Source: a virus. Taken from it: a stretch of 33,297 bases of DNA. A program made the position numbers and the translations under genes. The stretch is taken from IMG/VR virus record IMGVR_UViG_3300009537_000089, positions 1-33,297 of that record. The stretch is one strand, 5' to 3'. The notes under the pieces are model-generated. The model searched no databases. It was given only the letters and a program-made list of their open reading frames with translations, and was not told the DNA's origin. This document shows positions 9,370-17,531 of this stretch, one piece after another (the first letter of the stretch is position 1; each line of letters begins with the position of its first letter).

Positions 9370-9435
9370 ATAATTACCTTAGTCGTGGCCACTAGACTTT
9401 TATTGCCTAACGGCCACTATCTCAACTAATTATGT

Positions 9436-10656
9436 TTATACACTTGCGCTATTAGTTTTTAAGACAGTTAATGCTTTTGGTAATACCAAAACATAACCAA
9501 CTCTTTCAACAACACGCAAAGCAGTCATATCTTGTCTAAATAGGTTAATATCAGCGTCATCGTCAGTATTACGGATTGTAGCTTCAGTAGATAAAGCAAC
9601 TCGCATACCACCAGCCTTTTGACCCATCCAAGCACCTTTTCTTAAATCACCAAATATTACAAAGCCAGTGTTTGCAGCGTCAGCGCTTTTGTTAGGCATA
9701 GCCTCAACATCAACGACTGGGTAGCCCCAAACTGTTGCTGGTCCTTGCGCACTTGGCGCTTGATAGACATAAATACCGTCATCAGATTTAAGCTTTCTAA
9801 TAAAGCTCATAATAGTTCTGTTTAGGTAATATTTGCCATTAGCTAACGCGCCTTGCGGTGTAGCGTCAACCATATTAATCAAGTCATCAGCACTAATGTT
9901 AATAATGCTAGTGCTTGCCATTGTTACTACATTAACATTGGTATCTTGCAAAACACCTGTAAACGGACTGCCACTACCATTGAAGAATTGTTCGTCTTCT
10001 TCCCGTGCCATATTTTCAGCAATACGGCTAGTAACATAACCAACCAAATCAATTTCAGTATCTTCAAGTAATTCGTCAGTCATTGGCACAATTACTGCAA
10101 GCTTTTTAAGGCTTAAAGTAACTTGGCCAACAGTGACTTGGTCACTTGTTTTTGCAGCAGCTTCGTCAGTCCAGTATACATCAATATCAGTAGCAAGGTT
10201 ATTGATTTTTAAATCACCTTTGCTAAGTGTTACCAAATTACTTTCACGTCTAAATACACCATATTGGGTAGTTAGCGTTTCAATTTCAGCACTAAGTTCG
10301 TCATCAATAGTATAACCGCCGTCTGCTGGTGTGCTACTCATATCTTTTAAAGTAGCAGTATCGCCCCAGCGTAGAGCAGTTAAAAATTTTCTTAAATAGT
10401 CATTAAGGCCAGCTCTTTTTTCTTTAGCTTCAGGAGCGTAAACGCCAGCTTTAACAGCCATTTTTTCTTTTTGTTCTTTTTTCCAAGTTTCAAATTTTTC
10501 AGCGTATTCTTTTTCAACTTTATCAGTTGATTGTTTGACTAATTTTTCAATTAAGCCTTTTGCTTCTTCTTCTTCCTCTTCTTCTTTTCTAGTAGTTTTA
10601 ATTTTTTTGCCTGTGCTTGCAACCTTTTTTTTAGGTTTTAATTTTTTATCAGACAT
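9436..10656 (-). CDS. Major capsid protein, HK97 fold, with Lys/Glu-rich N-terminal scaffold-like (delta) region (406 aa)
   Basis: Charged coiled N-terminus (KEEEEEEEAKGLIEKLVKQ...) is followed by an HK97-family-like core (...VIVPMTDELLEDTEIDLVGYV...). Follows the prohead protease gene. Confidence 0.85.
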   Translation of the reverse strand: MSDKKLKPKKKVASTGKKIKTTRKEEEEEEEAKGLIEKLVKQSTDKVEKEYAEKFETWKKEQKEKMAVKAGVYAPEAKEKRAGLNDYLRKFLTALRWGDTATLKDMSSTPADGGYTIDDELSAEIETLTTQYGVFRRESNLVTLSKGDLKINNLATDIDVYWTDEAAAKTSDQVTVGQVTLSLKKLAVIVPMTDELLEDTEIDLVGYVTSRIAENMAREEDEQFFNGSGSPFTGVLQDTNVNVVTMASTSIINISADDLINMVDATPQGALANGKYYLNRTIMSFIRKLKSDDGIYVYQAPSAQGPATVWGYPVVDVEAMPNKSADAANTGFVIFGDLRKGAWMGQKAGGMRVALSTEATIRNTDDDADINLFRQDMTALRVVERVGYVLVLPKALTVLKTNSASV

Positions 10657-10673
10657 ATAAATAAATTTAATAT

Positions 10674-11927
10674 TTAATATTTTTTAGCTTTTAATAACTG
10701 CCTAACAGCTTTGTTAATAAGTTTAACATTCTTGGCCTTAACGCTTTCGCGTGTTTCGACCTTGTTTAACTGGCCAAGGTGTTTTGCAGCCAAGGCTATT
10801 ATATGTAAAGCTTTATTTTTTTTATCTAATTGTTTTTCAACAGGGAATAATTCTAAAATCTCTTTTTCAGTATATTGTTTTAATTCAGGTGGTTCTTTAT
10901 CAAACTGCGCATAATGCTTTTTAAGGTGAGTATAAACTCCTTGCTTATCGTTATCAGGTATATCAACACCACCCCTAGCGCCCAAAAGTGCAGCCATAGC
11001 TGCTGCTACGCCACGCCAAACAACAGGTTGCGCCCCGTCTCCTTTGTGGTGTGGTAGCTTATACCATTTGCGCTCATCAGCTTCAAACCCCTCAGCGCCA
11101 CTATCAACCCAAGTCATCATTGTTTTTAATTTTTTACCGTCACCGCTAGCTTTTTTAACTTCAGCGCCAGCGTCCCAGCCAGCGTCAATAGGGGCTTTTG
11201 GTCCTTCGCCGTGGACGCTAAAAGGTATTACAGCTTTATCTTCTACACGCTTGGTGGTAGATACTTTGCTTTTTGTTCCGCTACTGTTTTGTTTACTGGT
11301 TGCCCGTCTTCTTTTACCACTGTTGCCTCGTTGCTTGGCATTACTTCCATTAGGCCTTTTAATTGATAAATTTTTTTCATCTTTTGTTGTGTCATATAAC
11401 TTCTCCATTAAGCTTTCGGGGTTGGCTGGCACTGGCACGCTACTAAGTTCAAGTAATTCACTTTTTTCAAACTCACCTTTGTCGCCAAACACTACTGGTA
11501 TAAAGCCAACGCTAAAAGCGTTTAAAAATTTGTTTAAAGCTAATTTATAAGCTAACAATCCTTTGGGGTTGTCAAGTGCAAATTCAACATCACCAACCAA
11601 TTTATCTTCCTTGACTTTAATTTTGTTTACACGCCCAATAATATGCTCAATGCTATTATAGTTATGGCTATCAAGCAAAACAGGGTTTTTCTTAAAAGCG
11701 TTCAAATCCCAGTTTTGTTTAACAACATCGCCGTGCCTATCAACAGTGCTTGTTGAAAACACGCCACTAAAACTATTATCACTGTTAGCTTTTTTCTCTA
11801 GGTTTACAAAACAAGTAATTACAAAACCGTCATAGCCCTTGTCTTTTATTTTTTCCCAAAGGGTTTTATATGTTTTAACTTTATAATTAGCAAAAGATTT
11901 GTTGCTTAATTGATAAAATTTTTTCAT
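10674..11927 (-). CDS. Prohead (capsid maturation) protease, HK97/S78 family, with basic linker and extra C-terminal domain (417 aa)
   Basis: TSTVDRHGDVV...NPVLLDSHN...IIGRV...FSVGF...LLELSSVPVPANP matches the S78 protease pattern. C-terminal half carries WYKLPHH...AAAMAALLGARGG. Confidence 0.85.
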   Translation of the reverse strand: MKKFYQLSNKSFANYKVKTYKTLWEKIKDKGYDGFVITCFVNLEKKANSDNSFSGVFSTSTVDRHGDVVKQNWDLNAFKKNPVLLDSHNYNSIEHIIGRVNKIKVKEDKLVGDVEFALDNPKGLLAYKLALNKFLNAFSVGFIPVVFGDKGEFEKSELLELSSVPVPANPESLMEKLYDTTKDEKNLSIKRPNGSNAKQRGNSGKRRRATSKQNSSGTKSKVSTTKRVEDKAVIPFSVHGEGPKAPIDAGWDAGAEVKKASGDGKKLKTMMTWVDSGAEGFEADERKWYKLPHHKGDGAQPVVWRGVAAAMAALLGARGGVDIPDNDKQGVYTHLKKHYAQFDKEPPELKQYTEKEILELFPVEKQLDKKNKALHIIALAAKHLGQLNKVETRESVKAKNVKLINKAVRQLLKAKKY

Positions 11928-11949
11928 AAATTTTATATTTTAATTATTA

Positions 11950-13908
11950 TTAAATAGTGCAACGGCAATTAACAACTTCACTGGCTGGTCCGCTAGGGTC
12001 TAACGGATACATTAAGCCATTACTAAACTGGTCTTGCAACAACTGTTCCTCACCGTCTATTGTTTGGTGGCTTGGCCTAGTAACATCATCAAGTATTGAT
12101 ACCCAAATTTTAATAGGGACATTAGCCCGTTCATATCCAGCAAAACGACCGCTTTGGTCAGCAACACCAGTTTCAGTCCGCGCAATATTTAATGCACGCC
12201 CTTTGCTAATATTGCCATATAAAGTTTCCACGCGTTTAGCTAATTGTTCGCGTGTTTCGCCGTCAGCTAGACTTTGGTTAAATTGCGACTGTAACTGTTT
12301 AACAGTAGTATCAGTAATCTCTTTGCTAAACAATTCAGTGCGTTGTATTATAGTAGTTTTATCTGTTGCAGTTAAAGTAAAAGGTTCAGCAACTTCAAAT
12401 AGTTGCGCAACATCTACGCCCGCGTCTTCGTAATACTGCACCATAATAGGCAACATAGCTTCAACTGTCAGCTCTGCCTCTTTTTTAGCGTCAAAAGTTT
12501 CATCTAGTAAAGTTTTTCTAATGCTACGAACTTGCTGGCTAAGTAAATTGTCAATTAACCTGTCCCGTTGTGCGCGCAATACCTTGCGTAGACTGCGCAA
12601 AAACTTTTCTTCTTTTCTATCAAGTTGTTTAAGCCAAGCCTCGTGATATTTGCGTCTAAAATCTTCATTCCTTAACGGGTGGACAAAGGCTTCTTTTTTT
12701 TTGCTTTTTTTTTTGACCTGTTTTTCCTCAACAGTTACAGGGCTAGGCAATAAATTAACAGGTTGGTTAATAACATCGCCCTCGCTTCCAATACTAGGCA
12801 ACCCAACCTTGTCGCGCATTTCATTAACAGTCATATAATAATTTTTAGCGCCATTAGTAACTTCTTTTAAAATAAGGTCTTTGTCTTTTGGTATTGGTAA
12901 AACACCAACCAAAGTATATTGCTCAGGCACTAAGTCATTGTTAAGCTTTGCAACTAAATTATCAACCAAAGGTTTAACAGTTTCACTTAAAAATGTCCTA
13001 ACGCTTTCCTCATAATTACCGCGTTGGATTTTATCAGTTAAACCAAGCAAACTATCAGGCACTTGATAAATTAGTTTAATATCGTCCCTAGTCATTTTTT
13101 TACTTTCAATAAAACTTAATTCACTAGGGCTAAGGCCAATATTTGTATAGCTAGCGTCACCATAAGTAACTAACGGCTTGCCACTATTTTTTGCATTACT
13201 ATATTGTTTTTCAAACTCGTCTTTTATTTCAGCAATTTGGTCTTTTGTTAATTCAGCTTTATAGTTTAAAATACCTTCAATTTTACCGCCATTACGGATA
13301 ACGCTATTTTGATATGTAGATAATTGGTTTTCAGTATCAACAGCCATTGCGCCAGCTTTAAGCGGGCTAAGGCCACGGCGTTGGTCTTTTGGGTTGGGAT
13401 AATAACTTGCAATTACATTTTGCGCTGGCAGTGTTAGATTTTTACCGCGTGGCAATCTGTATTCATAACTAACAATTTCCCCACTTTCCTTTTCATAATT
13501 TATTTTAACAATCCAATCAGGCCGTAGTATATGCAACTCGTCAACTTCTTTAGCACTTTCAGCCCTAAGCATTAAAATATAAGTTTCACCAGTCAAATCC
13601 TTATAAGTTTGGTAAAGCTCAAAAAACTCATTGCCAGTTTGACTACTATTAGGGTTTGAAAGCAAACTTAAAATCCAATGTTCGTTAATTTCCTTATCAC
13701 CTTGAAAAAGCTTCCAATTAGTTTGGCCAACCTTTTCACCACGCTTTTTTACGCAAGCATAAACATAGGCACTTATTTCATAAGCCCACAAAAATTTTGG
13801 CATTCCCCAATTTAATTTAGTCAACCCTAGGCTAAAAAAACTGTATAAATTGCACGCGCTTTTATTAAACACGCTTTTTACTTTTTTAAAAAAATTTATT
13901 TTAGACAT
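11950..13908 (-). CDS. Portal protein fused to a MuF / SPP1 gp7-like head-morphogenesis domain (652 aa)
   Basis: Portal-like N-terminal ~400 aa. C-terminus ARTETGVADQSG...IWVSILDDVTRPSHQTIDGE...NCRCT is the MuF/gp7 signature. Position is after terminase. Confidence 0.85.
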   Translation of the reverse strand: MSKINFFKKVKSVFNKSACNLYSFFSLGLTKLNWGMPKFLWAYEISAYVYACVKKRGEKVGQTNWKLFQGDKEINEHWILSLLSNPNSSQTGNEFFELYQTYKDLTGETYILMLRAESAKEVDELHILRPDWIVKINYEKESGEIVSYEYRLPRGKNLTLPAQNVIASYYPNPKDQRRGLSPLKAGAMAVDTENQLSTYQNSVIRNGGKIEGILNYKAELTKDQIAEIKDEFEKQYSNAKNSGKPLVTYGDASYTNIGLSPSELSFIESKKMTRDDIKLIYQVPDSLLGLTDKIQRGNYEESVRTFLSETVKPLVDNLVAKLNNDLVPEQYTLVGVLPIPKDKDLILKEVTNGAKNYYMTVNEMRDKVGLPSIGSEGDVINQPVNLLPSPVTVEEKQVKKKSKKKEAFVHPLRNEDFRRKYHEAWLKQLDRKEEKFLRSLRKVLRAQRDRLIDNLLSQQVRSIRKTLLDETFDAKKEAELTVEAMLPIMVQYYEDAGVDVAQLFEVAEPFTLTATDKTTIIQRTELFSKEITDTTVKQLQSQFNQSLADGETREQLAKRVETLYGNISKGRALNIARTETGVADQSGRFAGYERANVPIKIWVSILDDVTRPSHQTIDGEEQLLQDQFSNGLMYPLDPSGPASEVVNCRCTI

Positions 13909-13914
13909 AGATTT

Positions 13915-13965
13915 AAAAAAAACAGTGATTTAAGCATTAAAAATATAACGCACAAATCACTGTTT
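13915..13965 (-). terminator. Terminator-like hairpin 5 nt upstream of the portal start codon
   Basis: 12-bp stem (aaacagtgattt / aaatcactgttt) with a 22-nt loop. On the minus strand it is followed by a U run (8 U including the stem end), then aaatct-ATG. AU-rich stem and large loop make it weak. Confidence 0.35.
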
Positions 13966-13988
13966 CTCAGTGTAAGCACCAGTTGGAT

Positions 13989-14029
13989 AGAATAAGCGAG
14001 CTAACGCCCACGGCCATTAGGCTTATTCT
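13989..14029 (-). promoter_or_regulatory. GC-rich compound hairpin in the portal leader
   Basis: Nested stems agaataagc/gcttattct (9 bp), ctaa/ttag and gcc/ggc. No U tract follows. Confidence 0.4.
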
Positions 14030-14036
14030 TATTTAT

Positions 14037-14065
14037 ATTATCTCAAAGCTATTTTAATTTGTCAA
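14037..14065 (-). promoter_or_regulatory. Sigma70-type promoter TTGACA-N17-GATAAT with upstream A tract
   Basis: Minus strand reads aaaaagcTTGACAaattaaaatagctttgaGATAAT. Intergenic, between the 63-aa ORF and the portal gene. Confidence 0.55.
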
Positions 14066-14088
14066 GCTTTTTAACAGTTTATCCACAT

Positions 14089-14280
14089 TTAATCAGGCAC
14101 TTGACAGCTATCACCAGTATAACATTGTATATTGACAACATTGCCCTTGCGTATTGTTAGTTTAACCTCAAGTTTGCCAAACTCTAATTTATCAATTTTA
14201 CTAGCGATTAAAGAAAACCAGAATTGTTGGTTTTTATTTTCAATATCGCGCATTGTTACGCCTTGTTTTTCAATAGTCAT
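14089..14280 (-). CDS. Small hypothetical protein (63 aa), possibly YezD/DUF2292-like
   Basis: FGKLEVKLTIRKGNVVNIQ resembles the small YezD-type pattern (recalled from memory, weak). Sits between terminase and portal. Confidence 0.35.
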   Translation of the reverse strand: MTIEKQGVTMRDIENKNQQFWFSLIASKIDKLEFGKLEVKLTIRKGNVVNIQCYTGDSCQVPD

Positions 14281-14281
14281 A

Positions 14282-15634
14282 TTAAAATTTAATTATTCCC
14301 GCAGTGGGTTTTTTATAAAATGTTAGCATAAACGCGTCTGCAAAATCGGGCGACTTAGCCGTGCGCTTTTTTAAGTCAGCTTTAGGCTCAATACCAATTT
14401 GCTTGTCGCTATTAACTTTATACTTAATCCAAGTTAATTGTTGCCAAACACTAGTATAGTTTATTTTAAAATCTTCTAAGTAATTATCTTTTAACCAAAT
14501 AGAGCATAGCCAGTATAACTCAGCTTTAAGGTTGGCGTATTTAATTTGTTTACTTTTAGCGCCAACACTAACGCCATTAACTCTAAGCTTTTTTTCTTTT
14601 AACCTATCAACAACACCACGGCCAACCCCAATATCGTCAATGTTTACATTTTCAGGTTTTATATTATATTTTTTAATAATACGCTCAATCTCACTAACAT
14701 TAACCATAGTATCATTACTTTTATTATAAGCCGTTATTTTAGCAAGGTTATCCCACCTAACAACATAAACATTATAATCACCACCACCGCCAATATCAGC
14801 GCCAAGCATAGGCTCACCAACAGGCTTAACTTCCTTAAAATGCAAATCGCTACTAACTACTAATTGCCTAAAACCGCGTTCGTCTATTTTATCCTCTGGC
14901 GGGAATAAGCAGTCATAATATACGTCAAAAAATGCTTCGTTTTTCATTTCCTCAATAAATTCTTTGTCAAAGCCGTGATAGCCAGCTTTATTGTCAGCTA
15001 AGCTATGTTTATAATTATGATATATTTGCTTATACTTAGCGTCATTAGCACTGCGGTAAAAATGGTTGCGGTAAAACGGGTTGCCTATTTTAAGCAAAAA
15101 ACTTTCGCTATACTTATAACCGCCAAGCATACGCATTACTGTTGAATGTAAATTATCACCAATTAAGCTAGCCTCGTCCTGTATTATATTTTTACTGCCA
15201 AAACCCATCGCAGCCTCAATACAGCGTTTACTATTACGCGCGTCCAAAGTTAAGGTTTGCACACCACCACCCTTTTTAAAAGTTAAGTGTCTACGGCTAC
15301 GCTCACGCTTTAACCTGTCTAAAACCTCATTTTTGTCTAATTCAAGTTGCGTATAAATAAGCGGGTGTTGTGTCGCAAAATCTCTAATATAAGCCATTAC
15401 AATATCAGCTTTTTTTTCACTAGGCGCAAGTATAGTAAACTTTTCAGGTCTTAATGCAGCAACGCAAGTAACTGCACTAGCAATAGTTAAACTTTTACCG
15501 TCTTGCGTTGGCGCAATTACATTAACGCGGTTATGGCGCAAATTAAAAATCGTATCAAATAAATCCCTAAACCGAGGCGGGATTACTAGGGGTTTGCCCT
15601 TTACTTGGAATAGGATTTTTGTTATCTCGTGCAT
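14282..15634 (-). CDS. terL: Terminase large subunit (450 aa)
   Basis: Walker-A-like VIAPTQDGKS near the N-terminus. C-terminal nuclease-type acidic motifs (GADIGGGGD...). Position is before portal. Confidence 0.85.
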   Translation of the reverse strand: MHEITKILFQVKGKPLVIPPRFRDLFDTIFNLRHNRVNVIAPTQDGKSLTIASAVTCVAALRPEKFTILAPSEKKADIVMAYIRDFATQHPLIYTQLELDKNEVLDRLKRERSRRHLTFKKGGGVQTLTLDARNSKRCIEAAMGFGSKNIIQDEASLIGDNLHSTVMRMLGGYKYSESFLLKIGNPFYRNHFYRSANDAKYKQIYHNYKHSLADNKAGYHGFDKEFIEEMKNEAFFDVYYDCLFPPEDKIDERGFRQLVVSSDLHFKEVKPVGEPMLGADIGGGGDYNVYVVRWDNLAKITAYNKSNDTMVNVSEIERIIKKYNIKPENVNIDDIGVGRGVVDRLKEKKLRVNGVSVGAKSKQIKYANLKAELYWLCSIWLKDNYLEDFKINYTSVWQQLTWIKYKVNSDKQIGIEPKADLKKRTAKSPDFADAFMLTFYKKPTAGIIKF

Positions 15635-16115
15635 TTGTTAAAAGGTTAATTTTTTCAATGGCTTCTTCAATTTTCTCCTGTTCAGGCATTTTAAGTTCAA
15701 GCAAGTTTTGGTTAGCAAACAATTTATCTAATAATGTTTTTAAAGCTTTCATATCACCAGCTAAAACCTTAGCTATAAAGCTATGCAAACCACCATAACG
15801 GCCACTTTTAATTATAGCTTTTATTTCAGCTTCGTTAAAGCCACCACGCCATATTTCCCAAAGCACCTCAGTTTCCTTATGTCTATTGTCTAAAAATTCT
15901 CTTAGGTATCCCGTTCGTAATTGTTCCAGTTTGTTCGGCCAGTTATACTTTTGTTTATAATGCACTAATGTTGGTCTGCTTTTATATTTACACAACTTAT
16001 CCTTAGCCATAGCCGTTAAATTGCCATTATGCTTATCGTAAAGCAAAATCATAGTTTCCTGTTCCTCCTCAGTTAAATCTTTATAAGCCCTTTTTTTAGG
16101 TTTTGTATCAGGCAT
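15567..16115 (-). CDS. Terminase small subunit candidate (182 aa)
   Basis: Position immediately upstream of terL, with a 68-nt overlap to the annotated terL start. N-terminal helix-turn-helix-like region. No family-level motif. Confidence 0.45.
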   Translation of the reverse strand: MPDTKPKKRAYKDLTEEEQETMILLYDKHNGNLTAMAKDKLCKYKSRPTLVHYKQKYNWPNKLEQLRTGYLREFLDNRHKETEVLWEIWRGGFNEAEIKAIIKSGRYGGLHSFIAKVLAGDMKALKTLLDKLFANQNLLELKMPEQEKIEEAIEKINLLTNARDNKNPIPSKGQTPSNPASV

Positions 16116-16119
16116 AAGT

Positions 16120-16722
16120 TTATATTAATGTTTTATTAGTTTTAAAAGCTTCCTGTAAAATATGGTAGCCTAACGCGGGGTTTACTAAATTACGCAATAA
16201 CTGCCGTTTATCCTTAACATTATAATTTTTTAAGTTAAAACCATAAACTTCATTACGGCCAACAATTTGTCTATGTTTGCGCTCATCTTCAAGTTTAATA
16301 GGTGTAATCCAAAAATTAGTCCAAAACAAGTGGCGCTCTAATTTTTGCGCTGGTATTAACGGCTCATAATAAGGCACTACATTTTCAACAACCCACTTGC
16401 AATCAGCAAAATGTTTAAGCAATATTATTTCCTCATAAAGCTTCATATCAGGATATTTAGCCTTATACATTCCGCTAGTTACAGCCATTCGCCTAATATC
16501 ACTATGCGTTGGACAAGGCGGGCTACTCCAAATAAAATCAAACTTATCAAAATGCTTTAATAAATACTCGTGCGCGTCAGCAATAACAATTTCATCGTTA
16601 GGGAAGTAATCGCTATAAATATGCGCTATTTTTTCGTCATTTTCAACTGCGGTTATTTGGTGTTTATCGCCCCAAAGGCGTCTATTGCCACCAATACCAG
16701 CATATAAATTTAATATTTTCAT
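16120..16722 (-). CDS. DNA (cytosine-5) methyltransferase, unusually small (200 aa)
   Basis: Motif I LYAGIGG, motif II-like AVENDE, motif IV SSPPCPTHS, motif VI VVENV and motif X-like LVNPALGYHIL, in canonical order and spacing. Confidence 0.7.
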   Translation of the reverse strand: MKILNLYAGIGGNRRLWGDKHQITAVENDEKIAHIYSDYFPNDEIVIADAHEYLLKHFDKFDFIWSSPPCPTHSDIRRMAVTSGMYKAKYPDMKLYEEIILLKHFADCKWVVENVVPYYEPLIPAQKLERHLFWTNFWITPIKLEDERKHRQIVGRNEVYGFNLKNYNVKDKRQLLRNLVNPALGYHILQEAFKTNKTLI

Positions 16723-16730
16723 ATCCTTGA

Positions 16731-16802
16731 GCGCTAGGGTCGGTTTTGCACCGCCTCTACTGACTTGGGAAGCCAGCGTGCAACTAATTACACTACTAGC
16801 GC
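16731..16802 (-). tRNA. tRNA-like element (possible tRNA-Gly, anticodon CCC; non-canonical T arm, no encoded CCA)
   Basis: Minus-strand fold: 7-bp acceptor stem GCGCTAG/CTAGCGC, U8, D stem GTGT/GCAC, anticodon stem CTGGC/GTCAG and loop TTCCCAA (U33, A37). The T arm forms only if shifted 1 nt (GGCGG/CCGAC with one G-A mismatch, loop TGCAAAA). It is a GC-rich island filling the intergenic gap exactly. Confidence 0.45.
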
Positions 16803-17531
16803 TTATTTATTTATTTTACTTTTCAACTTAACGATTGGTATAGTTTTAGCAACTTCTGGGTCAATTTTATTGCCATTGTTATCCCAAATTTTAAGGTCTT
16901 TTTTATTAGGGTATCTATCATAGATTTTAAATCTAGCGGTAGCCATTAACTCTTGTTGTTCCTGTTTACTACAAATAAATTTAAGATAACAAAAATTTAG
17001 TCCGTGTAATATGCTAAGTTTATCACCAAATATCTTTTTTAAGTATTTAGGGCTAGTCTTTTTATAGCGGTGATATAAGCTAATAGGGTGTATAAGGCCA
17101 ACACCTTTTATATAAGGGAATTTACATTCAATAGTGCCAATATAATAATAACCAGCAGCTTGGTAGATAGTGCCAACCAACCCTTGGAAGCCCGCTGCAT
17201 AAGTATAGAGATACTTTACTTTATGGTCGTATTTTTTAATGACCTTTGCAGTTAAGTTAAGGAATTGACTAGCACTATTCTTTGGCGCGTCATCTACAAC
17301 AAAAAACCTGTTAAGTTCTAAGTAGTCAGCAGTAGTGCCACTGCCAAACAATTTTTTAGGTGTTTGTGCTGGCACTATTCCCCAGCCCCAAACTGCTAGG
17401 CCAATAAACTTATTGCCCTCAAACGCAGCCATAAAGTATTTGCTACTATTAGGCATACTAGGCGCGTGAGGGTGTAATTTGCAATATTCAGACGCTTGTT
17501 GTTTGGTTACTGGCCGTATTATCATAATCAA
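16803..17531 (-). CDS. GNAT/acyltransferase-fold protein, Mom-like candidate DNA-modification enzyme (242 aa)
   Basis: Pattern CKLHPHAP...FIGLAVWGWG...YLELNRFFV...PKNSASQFL...YLYTYA...GTIYQAAGYYYIG resembles the Mom/GNAT-like phage family as I remember it. Lies next to a ParB-like gene and a methylase gene. Confidence 0.45.
   Translation of the reverse strand: MIMIIRPVTKQQASEYCKLHPHAPSMPNSSKYFMAAFEGNKFIGLAVWGWGIVPAQTPKKLFGSGTTADYLELNRFFVVDDAPKNSASQFLNLTAKVIKKYDHKVKYLYTYAAGFQGLVGTIYQAAGYYYIGTIECKFPYIKGVGLIHPISLYHRYKKTSPKYLKKIFGDKLSILHGLNFCYLKFICSKQEQQELMATARFKIYDRYPNKKDLKIWDNNGNKIDPEVAKTIPIVKLKSKINK

Noticed and set aside
9370-9435. Possible promoter TTGAGA-N17-TAAAAG after the capsid gene
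   Set aside because: The -10 matches only 4/6 and there is no upstream A tract like the confident promoters. It is too weak to call.
16731-16802. Plus-strand reading of the tRNA-like element (anticodon GGG, Pro)
   Set aside because: On the plus strand position 8 is G, the D stem does not pair, and the anticodon stem has an A-C mismatch where the minus strand has G-U. The minus strand also matches the transcription direction.
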